Part shown: positions 19,940-28,637 of the stretch, piece by piece
Layout: each line of letters starts with the position of its first letter
Numbering within the stretch: position 1 is the stretch's first letter
NCBI GenBank assembly: GCA_964591275.1
Contig: CAZQAE010000012.1
Coordinates: 4,860-68,859 of the forward strand
Direction of reading: 5' to 3'
Length of the DNA stretch: 64,000 nt
Source: an uncultured bacterium
Lineage (GTDB): Bacteria > Lernaellota > Lernaellaia > JACKCT01
The notes under the pieces: generated by a model
Seen by the model: the letters and a program-made list of their open reading frames with translations, nothing else
Database searches by the model: none
Told to the model about the DNA's origin: nothing
Made by a program: the position numbers and the translations under genes

Positions 19940-20754
19940 CAAAGCGATCCGGTTTCACTCTCCTGGAAGTGCTCGTGGCCACTGCGGTGACCGCCATGAT
20001 CCTGAGCATCGTCTATTCGAGCTTCGCGCGGACGGTGGAGAGCAAGGAATACGTGGAACTGGGCAATGAGGCCTATCACCGGGCCAGATGGGCTTTAGAC
20101 AAAATCGCCACGGATCTGGCTTCGGCCTACGTTCATCGTTCCAACAACAGCAATTCCATTTTTTATGCCGTGTCCCATGACATCAGCGGCATGCCGATGG
20201 ACGAAATGCACTTCACCAGTTTCGCGCATGTTAGCCACAATCCGCTGCTGGTTTCGTCGGACCAATGCGAGGTCGGATACAAAATCGCCTGGATTTCCGA
20301 ATTGGAACGTTTTCAGTTGTGGCGGCGCGAAGATCCCACAGTGGATGTTGACAACATGCAGGGCGGCGAGGAGTTCATGATTGTGGATGACCTGGCCGCC
20401 TTCAACGTGCGCTTTTGGGATGGCTTCAGTTGGCGGGACAATTGGGATTCCAGGCCCTTCGATATGGTTATGAGCGAAGACGGATCCGAGCAGCAGATGG
20501 AATTTGAGCAGACCGATGAAATGCTCAAGGCTTCGCCCGCAGCCGTGGAAGTCTCCATCGCAGTCAACGGACCCGATGGACGCCCAATCATTTTTACGTC
20601 CAAAGTGAAGATAGAGATGTCCACCATCAACCTCAAAGCGCTGGACGAAGAAGAGGATGAAGAAGGATCTTCCGGCAGCGGAAGCAGCAGCACGGATAAT
20701 GAAAAAAAGAATCCCTTCGCCAGCCCGACCGGGGGCTACGTCGGCGCGGGGTGA
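19936..20754 (+). CDS. gspJ: minor pseudopilin GspJ
   Basis: MTKRSG|FTLLEVLVATAV with a canonical 6 aa leader; ATGA overlap with gspI. Confidence 0.7.
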   Translation: MTKRSGFTLLEVLVATAVTAMILSIVYSSFARTVESKEYVELGNEAYHRARWALDKIATDLASAYVHRSNNSNSIFYAVSHDISGMPMDEMHFTSFAHVSHNPLLVSSDQCEVGYKIAWISELERFQLWRREDPTVDVDNMQGGEEFMIVDDLAAFNVRFWDGFSWRDNWDSRPFDMVMSEDGSEQQMEFEQTDEMLKASPAAVEVSIAVNGPDGRPIIFTSKVKIEMSTINLKALDEEEDEEGSSGSGSSSTDNEKKNPFASPTGGYVGAG

Positions 20755-20796
20755 CAGTGAACTGTCGTCAACGAAGATTGGTTTGGTTAACGGATA

Positions 20797-21891
20797 ATGT
20801 TTAAGGCCATCGGAAATTTTGCGACGGCCAATACTCCGCGGCGAGGAGTGGCCCTTCTAATCGTGCTGATGGTCACCACCATTCTCACGGTCGTCGTGCT
20901 GGATTTCGCGCAATCCACGCGTGTCAATTTCTACATCGCCTCCAACATTCATAACGGCATGAAAGCCTATTATATGGCGAAAAGCGGCATCCAGGTCGCC
21001 GAGGGTTCGCTGCTCAGGGATATGCAAAAGACCAAAGACGACCACTTGGACGAGGACTGGAACAATCCGCTTTTCAGCTTCATCCCCTTGTCGGATACCG
21101 AAACGATCTCCGTCAACATTACCGATGAGTCCGGCAAGTTCAACGTCAATCGCATGGTGAGCGGCACGGGAAATGTCAAGCAAACGGAAGTCGACATTTT
21201 CAGAAAACTGCTGGAACTGCTGGAACTCGACCCGGCGACAGCGGATGCCGTGGCCGATTGGTTGGATATCAACGAGGACGCCTTCAACGGCGCCGGCACG
21301 GAGGATCAGTTTTACGGCTATTCGGTTTCGCCGGGAGGAGCTTATCAGTCTAAAAACGGCCGATTGTCCAGCCTGGCGGAATTGAAACTCATCAAGGGGA
21401 TCAATAGCGACGTTTTCAAAAAACTCTCTGAAGTCTGCACGATATATACGGACGCCAAGCTGAACATCAATACGATCAATGACACGGTTTTAAGCGCCAT
21501 CATTTTGTCCATTGACGAAAAAGCCGACGCGCAAAAAACCATTTCGGCTATCACGGCCTATCGCGATACGCCCGAGCAGCACTTTGAAAAAAGGTCTTTG
21601 CGCGGACAGTTGATGGAGGCCGGCGTCGATCCGCGAATGGCCGCGCGCCTGCGTCGAAAGCTCGGCACATCCAGCAGATATTTTAGCGTTGATGTTACAG
21701 CCAACGTCGGGCCGACGGTGAAATCGGTTCGCGGCGTCGTGAAAAGAAGCAAGAAAAAGGTCAGCCTGGTTTACTTCAGACCCGGAGAACTTTTAAATCC
21801 GCCCAAGGCGCCCGATGACCTGGGGGCGATGGCCGATATGTTGGGCGCCGCGCAGGGCGCCGGCATCAACATTGGCGATTTCATGCAGTGA
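20797..21891 (+). CDS. gspK: minor pseudopilin GspK
   Basis: N-terminal TM segment (RGVALLIVLMVTTILTVVVLDFA) with a GspK-like body; position immediately after gspJ. Confidence 0.75.
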   Translation: MFKAIGNFATANTPRRGVALLIVLMVTTILTVVVLDFAQSTRVNFYIASNIHNGMKAYYMAKSGIQVAEGSLLRDMQKTKDDHLDEDWNNPLFSFIPLSDTETISVNITDESGKFNVNRMVSGTGNVKQTEVDIFRKLLELLELDPATADAVADWLDINEDAFNGAGTEDQFYGYSVSPGGAYQSKNGRLSSLAELKLIKGINSDVFKKLSEVCTIYTDAKLNINTINDTVLSAIILSIDEKADAQKTISAITAYRDTPEQHFEKRSLRGQLMEAGVDPRMAARLRRKLGTSSRYFSVDVTANVGPTVKSVRGVVKRSKKKVSLVYFRPGELLNPPKAPDDLGAMADMLGAAQGAGINIGDFMQ

Positions 21892-23783
21892 CGCACATAC
21901 CGCGAAAAACCATCGCCTACCTGATCGTCGCCGCTCTTGCGCCCGCATGGCTGGCTGTCTATTCGCTCATCCAGTTGGACGAAAAGCTCACCTGGCAGTG
22001 GATGATCGACGCGGCGGCATTTTGCGCGTTGTATATGACTGTTTTTGTCATGGCCCCGAAAAAGAAGTGGCTTCGTATTACTTTCGCGCTGATTGTGGCT
22101 GGCTGGTTCGTGTTTTTCCACGTGGGAAATGTCGCGTATTACAAGTTCTACGATACCTGGGCGCACATCCATATTTTCGACCAATGGAAAGATTCCTTCG
22201 CTCTGGGGAAATCGGTTTCTGAACTTCTTGGCCTGTGGGATTGGCTTTTCGGCGTTCTCGCCCCTCTTTTGATAGCCATCGCATCTTCGCTGATCAACGT
22301 CGATCCAAAAAGAAAAATACTGGCGCCCGTTTTCCTGATCAGTGCTTTCGCCCTGGTTATTGTTCATTACATAAGCGTCGGATCGCCTGTCGGCACGAAA
22401 CACCAGGAACCGATGATGTATTTTATCAGGGCGCCGATTGATGCGCGCGTTGACGCTTACAGGAAAAGGAAAGGAATCGAGCGCGTCGCCGCCAACCTGG
22501 ACCGCTACTACCCCATCGACCACGCAATTTATCAGCGAAGTCAAAATGCCAACCCGCCATTCGCCTCGGAGCCGGTTTCCGGCACGCAGGCTCCAAAAGA
22601 CTCCGTCAACATCGTCATCATCATGATGGAGTCGGTTGTCGCCTCGGCATCCGGGGCCTGGGGCGCAAGTCCTTCCTATACGCCGAATTTGGACGCATTG
22701 GCCGCGAACGGACTCATGGCGAAAAACTTTTACGCCAACGGGAGCCAGACCGTGCGCGGGGAACTGGCGAGTCTGTGTTCCTATTATCCGAACCTGTCCG
22801 GCGGACCAATTTATTCAAGGTATCATAAAACAGAGATGATCTGTCTGCCGGAAATCCTTGGCTCCTTTGGCTATCAGACCATGTGGATATCGTCTTATAA
22901 AAAAACCTATAACAAAAAAAGCCGCTTTCTTCGCCGACATGGCGTCGATGAAATTTACGACATCAAGGACATGCCGCCCGGCTATCAAAAAATCGGATGG
23001 GGCCCTGCCGATGAGAATCTGTTCGAGTCAGCGGCGACGCGCCTGGATGCGGCAACTGAGCCTTTTTTCGCCGAGATCATGACCCTCTCGAACCATCATC
23101 CTTTCCATTGGGATTATCCCAGCAACGCAACCGCGCCGCGCGGCGGGCATTCAGAGCCGTATGAAAACTTCATGCGCGGGATTTTTTATACGGACTACGC
23201 AATAGGCAAATTCTTTGAAAGCGTGCGTGATAGTGAGTGGTTTGCCCGAACCATTTTCGTGATCGTAGGCGACCACGGCATATGGCTCTTCCCGGAGGAT
23301 TCCGCAAAAGGTCCCGTCGAAAAACAGGAAGCCTATTTTCGCGTCCCGATGGTTATCTATGCGCCGGATTTGCTCGAAGCGCAGGTTTTTGAGCAGGTTG
23401 CATCGCAAGTGGATATTGCTCCGACGGTCATGGATATTATCGGTGCCAGGGCGCCAAACACATTTGTCGGGCAAAGCCTTCTTGCGCCTTCCGGCACCCC
23501 TCCTTTCGCCGTCATGCTGCATGACAGGCAATGGAACATCAGGCGCGGCAACGAGTATTGTTATGATGTCGGCGAGCAATGTTTTTACGAACACATTCCG
23601 CGCTGTCCGAAGGGATACAAAAAGGACCTGGGCCAGCCCGTTTCGTGTTTTCATTTTGAAGATGATTTATTGAGCCATTCCGAAAAGTGGCGGCAAAAGC
23701 CGCTAATAAAAAAGAATTTAGGGCTTATGTCTTTTGCCGAGGATTTGACAGCCTATCATCACAGGCTGTTGCTACGGAAGTAG
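21888..23783 (+). CDS. LTA-synthase/phosphoglycerol-transferase (sulfatase-superfamily) membrane protein
   Basis: Five N-terminal TM helices, then an alkaline-phosphatase-superfamily domain (IMMESVVAS...GSQTVRGE, SNHHPF, VGDHG). No CxPxR sulfatase motif, so LtaS/MdoB/EptA-like. The GTG start overlaps the gspK stop as GTGA. Confidence 0.7.
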   Translation: MTHIPRKTIAYLIVAALAPAWLAVYSLIQLDEKLTWQWMIDAAAFCALYMTVFVMAPKKKWLRITFALIVAGWFVFFHVGNVAYYKFYDTWAHIHIFDQWKDSFALGKSVSELLGLWDWLFGVLAPLLIAIASSLINVDPKRKILAPVFLISAFALVIVHYISVGSPVGTKHQEPMMYFIRAPIDARVDAYRKRKGIERVAANLDRYYPIDHAIYQRSQNANPPFASEPVSGTQAPKDSVNIVIIMMESVVASASGAWGASPSYTPNLDALAANGLMAKNFYANGSQTVRGELASLCSYYPNLSGGPIYSRYHKTEMICLPEILGSFGYQTMWISSYKKTYNKKSRFLRRHGVDEIYDIKDMPPGYQKIGWGPADENLFESAATRLDAATEPFFAEIMTLSNHHPFHWDYPSNATAPRGGHSEPYENFMRGIFYTDYAIGKFFESVRDSEWFARTIFVIVGDHGIWLFPEDSAKGPVEKQEAYFRVPMVIYAPDLLEAQVFEQVASQVDIAPTVMDIIGARAPNTFVGQSLLAPSGTPPFAVMLHDRQWNIRRGNEYCYDVGEQCFYEHIPRCPKGYKKDLGQPVSCFHFEDDLLSHSEKWRQKPLIKKNLGLMSFAEDLTAYHHRLLLRK

Positions 23784-23788
23784 GAGGC

Positions 23789-23813
23789 ATGAAGTGTGAA
23801 GTATGAGGTCTGA
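23789..23813 (+). repeat. 3'-end motif family 2, copy 1 (ATGAAGTGTGAAGTATGAGGTCTGA), sense to the upstream gene
   Basis: Lies 5 nt after the TAG stop of the sulfatase-family gene; heptamer-like units ATGAAGT/GTGAAGT/ATGAGGT. Confidence 0.6.
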
Positions 23814-23914
23814 ATTTTTGGAGGCGCTATCTGTTCGTCCGCTCAATGAGATAGCGAATGAAAACAAGCAAGTTGCTCCAATTGTTGTTTTACGACGCTT
23901 TTTCGCATCATCAT

Positions 23915-23939
23915 TCACACCTCATACTTCATACTTCAT
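23915..23939 (-). repeat. 3'-end motif family 2, copy 2 (ATGAAGTATGAAGTATGAGGTGTGA on the minus strand)
   Basis: Overlaps the last three codons and the stop of the minus-strand lipoprotein gene; inverted relative to copy 1, which lies about 100 bp away. Confidence 0.6.
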
Positions 23940-25131
23940 CCGCCGTATCATCATCCACATCATCGTCCATGGTGTCGTCGTCTGCGGTATCGTCATCTCC
24001 GCCTTCGGGAAACTGCGTACCCGTTCGCCATGAGGAAACGCCATAGAGTGCGGCATCTTCAAGCTCAAAGTCACTGTCGTAGCAGGTTGGGTTCAGCGTC
24101 CAGCCGCCCGTGTCGCGAAGCATGAACGTGGATTGTTCCTTCTTTCCGTCGTAACCGACGGCCCAGCCGATGTTGGGATCGATGAAATCAAAGTCGTGGA
24201 TCATCCAATCGGCGCTTTTTTCTCCGGGGAGGGAAACGGGCGACCATAGAGCATTTTCATAGAGGTACATGACGGAATACGAGCAGTCGCCCAGGACGAA
24301 ATTCCGGTCCCCGATTTTTGTTGTTCGTTTAATATTTTCCGCCGGGCAGCCGGAGGCGGGGAATTCGAAAGGAGTAAAAGCGGATTCTTCATTTTGATAC
24401 CAAAGAAAACCGGTTCTATTCAAACCATCGATTTTCGAACCACCGACCATAATGCGACTGGAATAGCTCAGGCCCAGGGAAGAAAAATCGAGGAAATTGG
24501 CCGGATCGTAATCATAGAGATGCACCGGGCCGTCTTGGCCGCCTTGAATAAAATAGAGGAATGCGCGTTTTCCACTTTCCTGCAACAGGGCCATTACGCC
24601 GTTGTCGGCCAGCAGCATGATGTCCTTGATCACGATGTTGCCGTTGAACATGTCGTCCAGGTCCGTCAGATCCCACGCGCCGTCGGGCGTGCGACGCAAA
24701 AGAACGCCTCCCGATTCGGCGAGGACGTTCGCCATGGCCCAGGCGCCCTTGTCCGGGGTGGCGATGATGCGGCGGATTTCGTTGCCGGAGTGCATGATTC
24801 CCGGGTCTTCTTCGCTCCACTCGCCGTTTTCGTAAAGATAGGCCTTATCCGTTCCGGAGGCCCAGCCGAAATCGGCTGTCAGAAAATCCACGGCGAACCA
24901 GGGAAGTTCATCTTCGGGCGCCGTCTCGTCTTTGGCCCAAAGCCCCCCGGAATAACGGTAAACGGCTTCGCCGACGGCAATGGCTTCAATGTCCTTGATG
25001 CAGGTGACGGGAGTGGCATTGTCCTCAGCCTCTTTTTTTTCTTCGCCATCCTTTGCGGTGCAGGCGTTCAGCATCAGGCCGAAAATCAAAATCACGACAA
25101 TAGGCAATACGTTGAAATATGTATTTCTCAT
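23929..25131 (-). CDS. secreted lipoprotein with beta-propeller-like body and C-terminal poly-Asp tail
   Basis: Signal peptide + lipobox (LMLNAC); C-terminus GGDDDTADDDTMDDDVDDDTADEV. Confidence 0.5.
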   Translation of the reverse strand: MRNTYFNVLPIVVILIFGLMLNACTAKDGEEKKEAEDNATPVTCIKDIEAIAVGEAVYRYSGGLWAKDETAPEDELPWFAVDFLTADFGWASGTDKAYLYENGEWSEEDPGIMHSGNEIRRIIATPDKGAWAMANVLAESGGVLLRRTPDGAWDLTDLDDMFNGNIVIKDIMLLADNGVMALLQESGKRAFLYFIQGGQDGPVHLYDYDPANFLDFSSLGLSYSSRIMVGGSKIDGLNRTGFLWYQNEESAFTPFEFPASGCPAENIKRTTKIGDRNFVLGDCSYSVMYLYENALWSPVSLPGEKSADWMIHDFDFIDPNIGWAVGYDGKKEQSTFMLRDTGGWTLNPTCYDSDFELEDAALYGVSSWRTGTQFPEGGDDDTADDDTMDDDVDDDTADEV

Positions 25132-25737
25132 TATCCATTCCCCCGATGGTTCGGTTTGGGGATTATAAGTCGTCCCATGCTTCGCTATTGTCGCTTAAAA
25201 TTTGTAAATTTGAAAGATATGCGGAGCGTAATAAAATTCCGCGGTTGATTTGTCGCAAGGTTTAATGCCTTCAACCTCTCCCTTGATAGGCTGCCTATCC
25301 GTATCGCCATTCCGTCAGGAACGAAGTTTTTAGTGGAGGAATCCCTCAAATCATTTCGATGACGCCCGGACAAAGTGATTCCTTTGTCAGTCAGGTCAAG
25401 TGCCTCATCGCTTCGTTTCCGGGGCCTTGTCGCTTCACTCGAGTCTCGCAATGGGCAGCGGGAATCCTCGAAGGTTCCTCATAAAAACGCTCCACCGAAA
25501 ATTCCTTGATTTTAAGTGCCGACATGTTACGCTTCTCCATGGCGCAACCTACTGTTTTGGGATTCAATATGGCGGCGGCTACAACCGCCGGTAAAACTCT
25601 ATTAGGGGGCGCGCCATCTATACTTATTCTAACGGACTCCATTTCGCTTCGCTTCGGTTGGAACGACAATAATTGTGTCATTTTTAAATTTTTAAATACG
25701 GGAAATTGGAAATCCTGTTTTCAAAGGAGAAAACGAA

Positions 25738-26190
25738 ATGATCGATGAAAATCTCGCCTTCGCTATTCCCATGCTGGAACAAGGCGTGGACATCCTGCAA
25801 AAGATGGGCATGAAGGTGGTCGGCCTGGAGAAAAACAAAGCCAGAATCAAGATGCCCTTTGAGCCGAATCGCAATCACATCGGCAGCGCCTACGGGGGAT
25901 CGCTTTTTTGTCTGGCCGAGTTTTCCGGGGGCGTAATCTTCGCAGCCTCATTCGACTTCGCAAAGTATTTTCCCCTCGTCAAAGAATTTTCTATTCGTTA
26001 TCGCCGTCCGGCAACCACGGATATGTATCTCGATGTCGCGCTATCGCCCGAGGAGGTTGAGCGCATTAGCCGGGAGGCGGATGAAAAGGGCAAGGCCGAT
26101 TATTCTCTGGACCTCGAACTCAAAGACGAAAGTGGGCAGGTCTGCTGCATCGCGCGTGGGACATGGCAGCTAAGGAAGATTCCGACCTAA
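25738..26190 (+). CDS. hotdog-fold thioesterase-like protein (PaaI/YiiD-C family)
   Basis: 150 aa; GSAYGGSLFCLAEFSGGV is typical of the 4HBT/YiiD C-terminal hotdog domain. Confidence 0.5.
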   Translation: MIDENLAFAIPMLEQGVDILQKMGMKVVGLEKNKARIKMPFEPNRNHIGSAYGGSLFCLAEFSGGVIFAASFDFAKYFPLVKEFSIRYRRPATTDMYLDVALSPEEVERISREADEKGKADYSLDLELKDESGQVCCIARGTWQLRKIPT

Positions 26191-26221
26191 GGGACGCGAT
26201 TTCAACGATGCGGGAATTTTT

Positions 26222-26611
26222 ATGAAACCACTTCGGATTTTATTCGCTGATATTGGCGATGATCATGCGGGACGTGAGTCAAAGAACCTGGCCAAAATCC
26301 TGCGCGACGCCGGCTTTGAGGTGATTCCGCTCGGATTCGGGTTTAGCGCAGGCGAGATTGCTTTGGCCGCACGCCAGGAGGATGTGGATGGTCTTTGCCT
26401 GTGGCGAGGGGGCGATATCGAAAAACTGAAAAGTTATTTGAATCAAAGCGATGTCGAGCTTCTCGAATCCATACCGGTTTTTCTGTGCGGAATGAGTGCG
26501 CAAGACCTCACGCCGGTGAAATGGCATGGATCAGTCCCTATCATCTTCAAGAAAGATGAATCGCTATCGACAATCGCCGAACGAATAAGCCATGAATTAA
26601 AAAAACGATAG
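26222..26611 (+). CDS. small cobalamin-binding-domain-like (Rossmann) protein
   Basis: ILFADIGDDHAGRESKNLAKILRDAGFEVIPLG resembles a B12-binding domain, but the DxHxxG register is off by one, so this is a tentative call. Confidence 0.35.
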   Translation: MKPLRILFADIGDDHAGRESKNLAKILRDAGFEVIPLGFGFSAGEIALAARQEDVDGLCLWRGGDIEKLKSYLNQSDVELLESIPVFLCGMSAQDLTPVKWHGSVPIIFKKDESLSTIAERISHELKKR

Positions 26612-26630
26612 CTTCCAAGCTTTTCCGTCC

Positions 26631-28022
26631 TCACCCTTTTTCTTTGCCTTGCCAAATCAACATTGACTTCGCTTCAGGGGTATAGTCGCCGTCGCCTTGG
26701 TGCACGATCAGCGGCGGCAGATGCGTGGTTTTACTCCGCGATCCCACAATCCCGCTTACGAGTAGACACTTGGCTTCGACCTTTTCCTTGGGCAGGACGC
26801 GGCGAATTTTACAGGCGCCGATTTTAGCTTCGCGCAGCAGGGTCGTTAACTCCTCTTGCCTGGACGCCAAGTGGATCAGATAAATCTTTCCGCCTTCGCG
26901 CACAAGATATTTCATTCCGCCAATTAACTCGCCAAGCGTCAGTCCCACCTCGTGACGGCTGGCGGCTCGCGTTTCATCGGGACTGATATGCCCTGTCCCC
27001 ACGGGGAAATATGGTGGATTGCTGACGGCGATATCGAAGCTTCCCTTTGCGAAAACATTGCCTGCGCGGCGCACATTTTCGTAAACAATGCTGGCGCGAT
27101 CTTCGAGTGAGTTGGCCAATAATGAGCGCCTCGACATTTCCGCCAGATCCCGCTGATATTCGATTCCGGTGACATCGTGCGCGCCCTGGCCCGCGAGGAT
27201 GAGGGGGATGACGCCGCTGCCGCTGCCCAGGTCGATGATTCGGTCGCCCAGATCAAATTCTACGAAGGCCGCCAGAAGCAAAGGGTCGATGGAGTAACGG
27301 AAACCCGTGAGCTTTTGAATGATACGCAAAGGACCGTGCATGAGATCCTGCAAATTTTCATCGTGGCCGACGGTGATTTCAACCAGAGGACGCCCGAGAA
27401 CTTCTTCTATCTTTTCCGGTGGAACATCGCCTGATCTGAGTAGCAGCGGAGGATCGGTAGAAATATCAATGACCGTGCTGCCTCGCGAAGGCGCCAGCGG
27501 TCCGGCGTCGAATAATACCAAGTCCGGTTCATTGCAAAAGTAATTCGCAACATCATCGGCGCAAAACGATGCGGGCATCCGCGCGGGATTGGCGCTTGTG
27601 GCGACCAACGGAACGCCGGCCATTTCCACCAAACGCCGAGAAGTTTTTGCGCCGGGAACACGAACGCCGATCGTTGGTCCCCAGCCTGTCGCTTCGCCGA
27701 TAAAATCACTGCGAGCGCGCCCAACGAGAGTTAAAGGACCAGGCCACAGCCGTTTTGCCAATGGCTCAAAGAACGCTGGCGGCGGGTCAAAGGCGGCGCG
27801 GGCCATACGTGCATCGGCCACCAGGCAGGGCATAGCCTTTTTTGATTCGCGGCTTTTCAGTTTGTTGATGCGGGCCAGAGCCTTGGGCCTGTCCAATCGG
27901 GCAAGAAGGCCGTAGAGAGTTTCTGTCGGGAAAATAATGATCCGTCCCTGGTCGAGGAGCTGGGCCGCGTGTGTCAGGGCCTTGCCGCCGGGCGTATCGG
28001 GATCAATCTTGATTCTATCCAT
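26631..28022 (-). CDS. fusion protein: L-threonylcarbamoyladenylate synthase (TsaC/YrdC domain) + NPPY class I methyltransferase (COG4123/TrmN6-like)
   Basis: N-terminal half IIIFPTETLYGLLARLD...KSRESKKAMPCLVA = YrdC fold. C-terminal half FRYSIDPLLLAAFVEFDLGDRIIDLGSGSGVIPLILAG...FDIAVSNPPYF = SAM MTase with an NPPY motif. Confidence 0.7.
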   Translation of the reverse strand: MDRIKIDPDTPGGKALTHAAQLLDQGRIIIFPTETLYGLLARLDRPKALARINKLKSRESKKAMPCLVADARMARAAFDPPPAFFEPLAKRLWPGPLTLVGRARSDFIGEATGWGPTIGVRVPGAKTSRRLVEMAGVPLVATSANPARMPASFCADDVANYFCNEPDLVLFDAGPLAPSRGSTVIDISTDPPLLLRSGDVPPEKIEEVLGRPLVEITVGHDENLQDLMHGPLRIIQKLTGFRYSIDPLLLAAFVEFDLGDRIIDLGSGSGVIPLILAGQGAHDVTGIEYQRDLAEMSRRSLLANSLEDRASIVYENVRRAGNVFAKGSFDIAVSNPPYFPVGTGHISPDETRAASRHEVGLTLGELIGGMKYLVREGGKIYLIHLASRQEELTTLLREAKIGACKIRRVLPKEKVEAKCLLVSGIVGSRSKTTHLPPLIVHQGDGDYTPEAKSMLIWQGKEKG

Positions 28023-28091
28023 AATTTCAAGTCAGCCATCGGGTAAAAGCAGCCGCTCAAAGGTTGATGGAAAAGTCAGAGGGAAAGCGAT

Positions 28092-28598
28092 CTATTTTTC
28101 CCCCTTGATCGCCTTTTGCAGCTTCACGTTCTTTTTCCTGACGCCTTCCCGCATCGATTTTTTATGATCGTCAAGAATTTTCGCCACGGTCGGATCACCG
28201 ACGGCGAGAATCTGCGCCGCCAGCACCGCAGCGTTTACAGCGCCGAAATCTCCCACCGCCACTGTTGCAACCGGCACGCCGGGAGGCATTTGCACTGTGG
28301 CGAGCAGGGCATCGAATCCTGCCAGGGGCGTTGCTGCCATAGGGACGCCGATGACGGGCAGGGTGGTGTGCGCCGCGGCGGCGCCGGCCAGATGCGCCGC
28401 ACCACCGGCAGCGGCAATGATCACGCCGAATCCCTTCGCCTTCGCCTTTTTGACGAAATTAGCCGTCGCGTCCGCGCAGCGATGCGCGGATAAAACACTG
28501 ACTTCGTATGGCAGGCCGAATTTTTTGAGTTGATCCGCGCATTTTGACATGACAGGCCAATCGGAATCCGACCCCATGATGACCGCTACTTTTTTCAT
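28092..28598 (-). CDS. purE: N5-carboxyaminoimidazole ribonucleotide mutase PurE
   Basis: [17 protein letters not shown]...[10 protein letters not shown] signature; probable start at the internal ATG (MKKVAV). Confidence 0.85.
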   Translation of the reverse strand: MKKVAVIMGSDSDWPVMSKCADQLKKFGLPYEVSVLSAHRCADATANFVKKAKAKGFGVIIAAAGGAAHLAGAAAAHTTLPVIGVPMAATPLAGFDALLATVQMPPGVPVATVAVGDFGAVNAAVLAAQILAVGDPTVAKILDDHKKSMREGVRKKNVKLQKAIKGEK

Positions 28599-28637
28599 TG
28601 TGTCTCCATTATTCGCTTGGCGTGCCATTTGGCCACA

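Noticed and set aside
1046-25216. Shared 15-mer ttgtaaatttgaaag at 1046-1060 and 25201-25216
   Set aside because: Only two short AT-rich copies in unrelated contexts; too short to distinguish from chance in AT-rich intergenic DNA without a genome-wide count.
25141-25260. Possible tmRNA (GGGGATGGTTCGG… start and a nearby in-frame …FAIVA-stop)
   Set aside because: No tRNA-like 3' end (T-arm/CCA context) could be found, and the 'tag' does not end in the usual (A/V)AA. On the other strand the segment is better explained as the 5'UTR/RBS (GGGGGAATGG) of the minus-strand lipoprotein gene.
25185-25681. Two small minus-strand ORFs (88 and 96 aa) in the 600 bp gap upstream of the hotdog gene
   Set aside because: No RBS or motif, low-complexity composition; the gap is more likely a divergent promoter/UTR region. 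A non-coding RNA cannot be excluded, but no known RNA family signature was recognised.
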